A program made the translations under genes and the position numbers. Below the pieces are notes generated by a model, which did not search any database, was not told where the DNA came from, and saw only the letters and a program-made list of their open reading frames with translations. 64,000 nt of DNA from the human T2T-CHM13v2.0 reference genome, Homo sapiens. The stretch lies in the NCBI RefSeq assembly GCF_009914755.1, contig NC_060938.1. The stretch is one strand, 5' to 3'. Each line of letters opens with the position of its first letter. Position 1 is the stretch's first letter. Below, in pieces: positions 55,081-64,000 of the stretch.

Positions 55081-55414
55081 TCATTCTTGGCTCTAGAATG
55101 TCATCTGGAAAAGAGCCTTGGCGCTTCTGTCCTGAACAGCTCTGTTACCAGTTTATATGCAAAGCACCAGTTTAAGCAGAAGTGGTATGCAGTGGAATGC
55201 AGAGATCTTAGCATTGCTGACAGGGTACACTTTAGAATCATAACCCAAACCTAGTCCTAGTAATAGAATTCTGTCAGTGGCAAAGAAAGGCATGTGAAAG
55301 GTGGTACACTGTTACCTGGCCCTTTCTAAGTATAATATGCTTTTCTAACAAATTTCATTCATTCAACCAGTGTTTACTTATTAAGTAGTAATCATCTATA
55401 TAGAGTTCTAGTAT

Positions 55415-55560
55415 CTTTATTTTATTTATTTCTTTTTTTGAGACGGAGTCTCACTCTGTTGCCGAGGCTGGAGTGCACTGGCACGATTCGGCTCATTGCA
55501 AGCTCCACCTCCCGGGTTTAAGCAATCCTCCTGCCTCAGCCTCCCAAGTAGCTGGGACTA
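55415..55560 (-). mobile_element. Alu right-arm fragment
   Basis: T-rich tail + gagacggagtctcactctg...gctgggacta. Confidence 0.85.
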
Positions 55561-55709
55561 TTTTGTTTCTTAACCTATAAGATTAAGAGATGCTTCCTTT
55601 GAAATTCTTCTTTGGTATTTCCCTTGTTAGAATTTGATTAACTAATCAATGGATTTTTGATTAGTTGGAAAATTGAATGTTAGTTTTCCAATAACAACAA
55701 CAGCAACCA

Positions 55710-55905
55710 AAATAACTAACATTGAATACTCTGGGCCAGATGCTATGCTCTTTACATAAGTTATCTCATTTAATCCTCATGAAAACCCTAAGAAATACAT
55801 ACTTCATTGAACACATTTTAAAGATAAGGCTGGCATGTAGAAAGGTTAAGTAACATTACTAGATCCAGCTGGACCTGACTGTAAAGCTCATACACTCAAC
55901 CACTA
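55710..55905 (-). mobile_element. MIR
   Basis: aacattgaatact...ttatctcatttaatcctcat...aggttaagtaac. Confidence 0.55.
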
Positions 55906-55962
55906 CACTGTTATTGTTGTTGTTGTTTATAGTATTTTATGTTTCCTTGTTTCCAAATATAG

Positions 55963-56048
55963 CTGATGGTGTTGCTTTGGGAGCAGCAGCATCTACTTCA
56001 CAGACCAGTGTCCAGTTAATTGTGTTTGTGGCAATCATGCTACATAAG
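55963..56048 (+). CDS. SLC39A9: SLC39A9 coding exon 5 ([29 protein letters not shown])
   Basis: Acceptor ccaaatatag|CT; donor AAG|gtaagc; 86 nt; completes the ZIP signature HAAADG and carries the TM5 His. Confidence 0.96.
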
Positions 56049-56180
56049 GTAAGCAACATTTTGGTGTAAGGTTTGGTATTGAGTGTATTCATAATTAAAA
56101 TTTCTCATGGTCCTTAATGTTTTTCCTGGAATGGGAACATTTTCTTCATTTCATAATTGCTATTCATTTTGGAAAATTGA

Positions 56181-56801
<621 letters not shown>

Positions 56802-56882
56802 TAGTCAAATGGCATATACTTCTTGATGTAGAAGCAACCCATACTTCTAGAATGATAATAAGAGATGATTTTTTATTTCCAG

Positions 56883-57017
56883 GCACCAGCTGCTTTTGGA
56901 CTGGTTTCCTTCTTGATGCATGCTGGCTTAGAGCGGAATCGAATCAGAAAGCACTTGCTGGTCTTTGCATTGGCAGCACCAGTTATGTCCATGGTGACAT
57001 ACTTAGGACTGAGTAAG
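56883..57017 (+). CDS. SLC39A9: SLC39A9 coding exon 6 ([45 protein letters not shown])
   Basis: Acceptor ttttatttccag|GCA; donor AAG|gtaagc; 135 nt; phase 0-0. Confidence 0.96.
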
Positions 57018-57428
57018 GTAAGCTAATCTATTCCCAGCTATCTAAACCAGTGTCTTGTGATCTCTTAGAATTTATGATCTCTTAGATTGAATTTTTCCAA
57101 TACATTACTCTCTCAAACTAAAGATAAAATTAGGAGTAAAAACTATACAGGGTAAATATCTTAATTCCAATGCGTCCTCTTCATATTAGCATTTTCTTAT
57201 TCATTTAATTTGAAAACTTCTTCCCTATCAATCAGTTCCAAGAATATTTGCATAAATATGATAGCGCTTCAATATTTAAAATAGTATAACGTAACCAGCC
57301 ATGCTAGCTTCATTTGACAGATATCTAATAAGTCAAATCTGTCCATATTTAATGTGAGGTAGACACCTGAAGCGTGAGTAACAAGCCACATAGCCGCTTT
57401 GAGAAGAGCAGCAGCTGGGCAGAGATTG

Positions 57429-58171
57429 CTGTCAAGAGTTTAAAAAACTGACATTGATTACTGAAGTGATAGAGTAATCTTTTAAAGGGAACAACATACT
57501 GCTCACTGAAAGAAGAGAAGGCTTTTCAGGTAAATGGAAAGGGTTTTTATAACACACTGTTAGCAACTAAGATCAACAAACCCTTCCTTAACGGGAACTT
57601 AGCCATTCTTGGTCTCATTTTTCACGTTCCTCCTCTTCTCCCAGCTCTCACGTCCCCAGATAGTAACTGTACAGTTCTTTCTATTGAATACTTTGTACTG
57701 AACATAGCTTCAGACCTGAGGTAACATGTGCTCTTCTGACTCCAAGCTGGACCTTCCCATGCCTTATAATCCTGTCTGTAGCTCTGAGCAACAACCCTCC
57801 GCATTTTACCCAGATGTCAACTGGCAGGCAACTGGAGGAAAATCTTAGAAGCAAACTGACTCAGGGCTAGTTGATGGGAACTGCTTTCCCCAACACCCTC
57901 TCTAAAGGTCATTGATTCTTCTGAGCATCAGTCAATTCAGTATTTGGCAGTAAAACCCATATTAATAGGAACATGTGAAAAATGAGATAAAGAATGGCTA
58001 AGTTCCTGTTAAGCAAGGGTTTGTTGATCTTAGATGCTAAGAGTGTGTTATAAAAACCCTTTCCATTTACCTGAAGAGCCTTCTCTTCTTTCAGTGAGCA
58101 GTATGTTGTTCCCTTTAACAGATTACTCTATCACTTCAGTAATCAGTGTCAGTTTTTTAACCTTTTGACAG
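57429..58171. repeat. Long inverted repeat (arms 57429-57631 and 57967-58171, 335-nt spacer) in intron 6
   Basis: Manual alignment gives 186/197 complementary positions without gaps, plus 6 bp after a 2-nt bulge; not recognisable as Alu or L1. Confidence 0.95.
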
Positions 58172-58305
58172 GAAGGTGCTGATAATTCTGGAGACATGGA
58201 GTTACTTGCTGCATCTATGGGATGTCCTTTTCTTAAAATTTTAATTAGTTGTCTTAGTCCATAGGTCTACTTTTTTAACAGAAAAGGTTGAAATTAGTTT
58301 TATAA

Positions 58306-58653
<348 letters not shown>

Positions 58654-58893
58654 GCTTAAGAGATATTTCTAGGCTCTATGAGGTCAACTACTGCATCTTG
58701 ATTACCACTGTATCTCAAGCACCTGGCCCAGAGCCTGCTGCATAGATGATGCTTGTTAAATATTAGTAGAATAAATAAATTTATGTCTGAAATTTAATAT
58801 CTGCAATAATATATTGTTGATTCTATCTCAAGAATAATACAAGCCAAACCTGTTGAACCAGCACTTAAAGTTCGTTTTAAAAAGCAATTGTGA

Positions 58894-59052
58894 ACCAGGA
58901 GCAGTGGCGCATACCTGTAGTCCCAGCTACTTGGGAAGCTGAGACAGGAGGATTGCTTGAGCCCAGGAGTTCCAGGCTGTAGTGTGTTATGATTGTGCCT
59001 GTGAATAGCCACTCAACTCCAGCCTGGGCAACATAGCGAGACCTCATCTCTA
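58894..59052 (+). mobile_element. FAM (fossil Alu monomer)
   Basis: Retains gtgcctgtgaatagccact..actccagcctgggcaacatagcgagac. Confidence 0.78.
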
Positions 59053-59089
59053 AAGACAGATACAGTCAATGAATGGATGGACAGAATGA

Positions 59090-59310
59090 TGGAACTGTGG
59101 TGAATATAGTTTAATAATAGTGTGTGGTACATATCAAAATTGCTAAGAGTAAATTTCAGATGTTCTCACCACAAAATATGATAAATATTTGAGATGACAG
59201 ATGTTAGTTTTATTTAATTAGTCCACATTTTATTCATGAATCATAATGTCACTTTATACCCTATAAATATATATAATTATAAATTGTTGATTTACAATAA
59301 ATTTTTTAAA
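59090..59310 (+). mobile_element. L1MA-type 3' end fragment
   Basis: aaaattgctaagag...atgttctcaccacaaaa...tataaatatatataattat...caataaa. Confidence 0.7.
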
Positions 59311-59515
59311 AAATCAATTGCGTACATCACTGATATTCTTAAACCCTTATTTGGAAGCTTCCCATGAATAACTTAAAGTTGCTGTGTTCTCTAGATGTCC
59401 CCAGTGTCCTAGACAGCACCAGTTAAGAACAGTGAGTGTTTTTTAACTGGGACTTCTTCCTGACCCTGAATTTTACTTGACTTAGTTTTTCCTCTTTCTC
59501 TCTTCTAATTCACAG

Positions 59516-59746
59516 AGCAGTAAAGAAGCCCTTTCAGAGGTGAACGCCACGGGAGTGGCCATGCTTTTCTCTGCCGGGACATTTCTTTATGTTGCCACAG
59601 TACATGTCCTCCCTGAGGTGGGCGGAATAGGGCACAGCCACAAGCCCGATGCCACGGGAGGGAGAGGCCTCAGCCGCCTGGAAGTGGCAGCCCTGGTTCT
59701 GGGTTGCCTCATCCCTCTCATCCTGTCAGTAGGACACCAGCATTAA
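59516..59746 (+). CDS. SLC39A9: SLC39A9 coding exon 7 ([34 protein letters not shown]...ILSVGHQH*)
   Basis: Acceptor ctaattcacag|AGC; TAA at 59744-59746; [11 protein letters not shown]7 motif. Total CDS 96+109+198+69+86+135+231=924 nt = 307 aa + stop. Confidence 0.96.
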   Translation, partial: SSKEALSEVNATGVAMLFSAGTFLYVATVHVLPEVGGIGHSHKPDATGGRGLSRLEVAALVLGCLIPLILSVGHQH

Positions 59747-62700
59747 ATGTTCAAGGTCCAGCCTTGGTCCAGGGCCGTTTGCCATCCAGTGAGAACAGCC
59801 GGCACGTGACAGCTACTCACTTCCTCAGTCTCTTGTCTCACCTTGCGCATCTCTACATGTATTCCTAGAGTCCAGAGGGGAGGTGAGGTTAAAACCTGAG
59901 TAATGGAAAAGCTTTTAGAGTAGAAACACATTTACGTTGCAGTTAGCTATAGACATCCCATTGTGTTATCTTTTAAAAGGCCCTTGACATTTTGCGTTTT
60001 AATATTTCTCTTAACCCTATTCTCAGGGAAGATGGAATTTAGTTTTAAGGAAAAGAGGAGAACTTCATACTCACAATGAAATAGTGATTATGAAAATACA
60101 GTGTTCTGTAATTAAGCTATGTCTCTTTCTTCTTAGTTTAGAGGCTCTGCTACTTTATCCATTGATTTTTAACATGGTTCCCACCATGTAAGACTGGTGC
60201 TTTAGCATCTATGCCACATGCGTTGATGGAAGGTCATAGCACCCACTCACTTAGATGCTAAAGGTGATTCTAGTTAATCTGGGATTAGGGTCAGGAAAAT
60301 GATAGCAAGACACATTGAAAGCTCTCTTTATACTCAAAAGAGATATCCATTGAAAAGGGATGTCTAGAGGGATTTAAACAGCTCCTTTGGCACGTGCCTC
60401 TCTGAATCCAGCCTGCCATTCCATCAAATGGAGCAGGAGAGGTGGGAGGAGCTTCTAAAGAGGTGACTGGTATTTTGTAGCATTCCTTGTCAAGTTCTCC
60501 TTTGCAGAATACCTGTCTCCACATTCCTAGAGAGGAGCCAAGTTCTAGTAGTTTCAGTTCTAGGCTTTCCTTCAAGAACAGTCAGATCACAAAGTGTCTT
60601 TGGAAATTAAGGGATATTAAATTTTAAGTGATTTTTGGATGGTTATTGATATCTTTGTAGTAGCTTTTTTTAAAAGACTACCAAAATGTATGGTTGTCCT
60701 TTTTTTTTGTTTTTTTTTTTTTAATTATTTCTCTTAGCAGATCAGCAATCCCTCTAGGGACCTAAATACTAGGTCAGCTTTGGCGACACTGTGTCTTCTC
60801 ACATAACCACCTGTAGCAAGATGGATCATAAATGAGAAGTGTTTGCCTATTGATTTAAAGCTTATTGGAATCATGTCTCTTGTCTCTTCGTCTTTTCTTT
60901 GCTTTTCTTCTAACTTTTCCCTCTAGCCTCTCCTCGCCACAATTTGCTGCTTACTGCTGGTGTTAATATTTGTGTGGGATGAATTCTTATCAGGACAACC
61001 ACTTCTCGAACTGTAATAATGAAGATAATAATATCTTTATTCTTTATCCCCCTTCAAAGAAATTACCTTTGTGTCAAATGCCGCTTTGTTGAGCCCTTAA
61101 AATACCACCTCCTCATGTGTAAATTGACACAATCACTAATCTGGTAATTTAAACAATTGAGATAGCAAAAGTGTTTAACAGACTAGGATAATTTTTTTTT
61201 CATATTTGCCAAAATTTTTGTAAACCCTGTCTTGTCAAATAAGTGTATAATATTGTATTATTAATTTATTTTTACTTTCTATACCATTTCAAAACACATT
61301 ACACTAAGGGGGAACCAAGACTAGTTTCTTCAGGGCAGTGGACGTAGTAGTTTGTAAAAACGTTTTCTATGACGCATAAGCTAGCATGCCTATGATTTAT
61401 TTCCTTCATGAATTTGTCACTGGATCAGCAGCTGTGGAAATAAAGCTTGTGAGCCCTCTGCTGGCCACAGTGAGGAAAGTAGCACAAATAGGATACAGTT
61501 GTATGTAGTCATTGGCAACAATTGCATACAATTTTACTACCAAGAGAAGGTATAGTATGGAAAGTCCAAATGACTTCCTTGATTGGATGTTAACAGCTGA
61601 CTGGTGTGAGACTTGAGGTTTCATCTAGTCCTTCAAAACTATATGGTTGCCTAGATTCTCTCTGGAAACTGACTTTGTCAAATAAATAGCAGATTGTAGT
61701 GTCTGGTTTGGTTTGGACAGTAGTGCTTTCTATCATATTGTTGTGTGCAATGGTAATTTGTTCTACTGGCCAAAGCCTCTTTCAGCAGTGCCTTGCCATC
61801 ATGCTTAAAAGTTTGGCTAGTATATCTTGCTGGATGGAGCCTTGAACTCCGGCAAGGATTGAACCATCTGACTTCCAAATTTGCCTTCCCCTCTGGACCT
61901 CACTATTAACAAGCAAACCTTTCAGGGCCCTCTTAGCTCTCAGAAGCTATGTATGGGCTTTCCCAGATTTTAAAGCTGCTGCCTCGAGAACTACTCATTT
62001 CTCTCCTGGTCAGCAGACAGAAATAGCCATACTAATCTCATAGGGCTCAAATGCATCTTCAGGCAGCAGGGAACCAAGCAGCGTGGCACAGGCCTTCTTG
62101 ACTGGAGGAAGAGCTTGCTGGCATGGTGGGCAGTATTCCAGGAGAGGCCATGTCCGTGTTCACTTCTTGGCACATTTCAGTTCCGTTTTCCTCTTGTTTA
62201 AAACTGCCTCTTTAGATGTGGATGCCTTAATGCTGTAACACATTTGAAAACATTGGCAATACTTAAGTTGCTGCCATGATTACAGATGGAATTATTGGCT
62301 ACCAAAGAGACGCAATTGATGATGAGAAGCATGATTCTTGCTTCCATATAACCAAAGTTAATCTTAATTGCAATTTGACTCCGTTTCCTTGGTAGGGATA
62401 GACTTTCTTCAGATTCCAAGTGCTCTCTTAAATGGCAAATTAAGTTAAAGAATACTACTGCTCCATTCCCCTCACTTATTCTCCAGTTAATTGCTTGTCA
62501 GTTCCATTTCAAGAAAGCAGTGATGTTCCAGGTTTGATTCAGTTTTCCTGTGCACACTATTGCCAAATTTTTTTTTAGCAAAGATTCTGCACTGGAACGT
62601 AGACAGTTGGAAACAGTACTACCTACCTAGAGGTTATGTGTTTTCTCTTTCTCCCCGCTTTCACCTCTTTCTTTCCCAATTCAAAACAGCCAAGTGAGCC

Positions 62701-63545
62701 CTGTTCTGGTATTTTGAATCATTAGAGAAAAGAAAGGGAGTGGCTGTTTTGAGTTGTCCTTTCTTTGCAGAAAGGAGAAAATGTGATTGTGTTTTTTTTT
62801 TACCAGCCTACTTCTAAGTGTCACTGCCTGGTTTTTCTCTTTTTCAAGGATTAGAACTAAGAGGACACACCAGCATCGGAGTGTATTAAGCCCCTGAAAC
62901 ACATGGTAGCTAGGGACTGAACACAGGAACCGTATGACAGCAGCACAAACCCCCAAAGGATGTTCCTGCCTTGTGGGCCCCTGAGCCCCTTGGGAGACTG
63001 AGAATCATGACCAGATTCATCCAGAACTGCTGCAGTGTTAAGTGAAAATCCTCTGTAGTTGTTCTGCAGAGGAACCTTCCTTCCATTAGAAAATTTCTGC
63101 TCAATACAGAATGGTCCACATCACCCAAAGTGCACTGTTGGAGATGCTGTGAAATTAAAACCTCTTTGTACCTGAGACATCTAGATTCACCTCAGGAGGC
63201 CTGAAGGAAATGTGTAACTTGTGGGAAAGAACTAGACAACCATTTAGGAATTCTCTAGATATACTCAGCCTAACCCAGTGGCTTAACACAAGGAGATTGG
63301 CTTTGATCTTTTTTTCTTGTGGCATCTTCCAGCAAGTTAGAAGTCTCATGGGATAAGACTGCAGTTCCCCTGGTTCAATAGCTGGAACAGTGATTTTAAA
63401 TGTCCCTTTTTCTGGATCCCTTGTAAACATGAAATCATTCCATGGATGGCTGCCTTATAATTTTGTCTCTTTCCACTTTAATTGTGAATGGTTAAAAAAA
63501 TGCTGTTTTCTGATATTAAATTTTTATTAGTGCATACCTTAATCT
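59747..63545 (+). other. SLC39A9: SLC39A9 3' UTR (~3.8 kb, no Alu/L1 recognised)
   Basis: Follows the stop codon; U-rich tracts (e.g. ~60700-60722); ends shortly after ATTAAA at 63515. The 3' end is approximate. Confidence 0.75.
63515..63520 (+). terminator. Polyadenylation signal ATTAAA (likely distal PAS)
   Basis: Variant PAS followed by U/GU-rich downstream sequence (ccttttggcagtttgtttgatg). Confidence 0.65.
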
Positions 63546-64000
63546 GAGTGGCTCATTACTTATCCTTTTGGCAGTTTGTTTGATGACCAGAATTGACCTG
63601 TATTTGAACATCAGAAAAGAGAATGAAAAGTTGTGATGGATGGTAGAAAGATGTACCTACCACAGGCACATCCTTTAGGGAAGGGAGGGAGAAAGGAGAG
63701 AGGGGAAATTAAGGACTTGATAGACCAATCTGCCCTGAAAGACACAAATGCATTGATAATTGTTTTTGCCTTGCTGTTGTTAGCAAATATTATTTACGAA
63801 GGTAGCTCTCTCTACTCTCAGAAAAGAGAAAGAGGCAACAGATCCAAACCACAGTGGATTCATTTCATAGGGCAGAGTTGTTATATGAGTAGATAGATGC
63901 TATGAACAACTGACCCTGGAAATTAAAGAGATTTGATTAGAAACGTGACGTGTGAATTTGATAAATGTTTTTCTCCCTCTGTGGACTTATGGTTAGTCAT

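Noticed and set aside
57429-58171. Intron-6 inverted repeat as a MITE/DNA transposon or a pre-miRNA
   Set aside because: There is no TA or 8-bp TSD and no CAG/TA-type termini that I recognise. The 335-nt loop and 200-bp stem do not fit a canonical pre-miRNA. It is kept as an unexplained structure pending a Dfam search.
59516-59520. Tandem acceptor (cacag|agcag) at exon 7
   Set aside because: The downstream AGs are +2 and +5 nt, not NAGNAG. They would frameshift and nothing supports their use.

Overview
This is primate (human-like) genomic DNA containing the complete coding structure of SLC39A9 (ZIP9 zinc transporter) on the + strand. Seven GT-AG coding exons (525-620, 25246-25354, 43222-43419, 54392-54460, 55963-56048, 56883-57017, 59516-59746) splice to a 924-nt CDS encoding 307 aa. 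A ~3.8-kb repeat-poor 3' UTR follows and ends near an ATTAAA at 63515. The introns are dominated by mobile elements: more than 50 Alu/FLAM/FAM copies, a full-length antisense L1PA with an 18-bp TSD (17073-23303), older L1M/L1P fragments, a near-full-length HSMAR2 mariner, THE1/MST/MER21 LTRs, and hAT/Tigger MITEs. Almost all short ORFs in the supplied track derive from Alu or L1 or are noise. The most notable unexplained structure is a ~200-bp, ~94%-complementary inverted repeat in non-Alu sequence in the last intron (57429-57631 / 57967-58171). All five of its transitions form G-U wobbles on the transcribed strand, and it encloses or masks several splice-site-like signals. Also notable are a direct duplication bracketing the in-frame exon 4, an L1 antisense promoter pointing at exon 2, and several atypical insertion events. 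Repeat family names come from recalled consensus sequences, not a database search, and many repeat boundaries are approximate.
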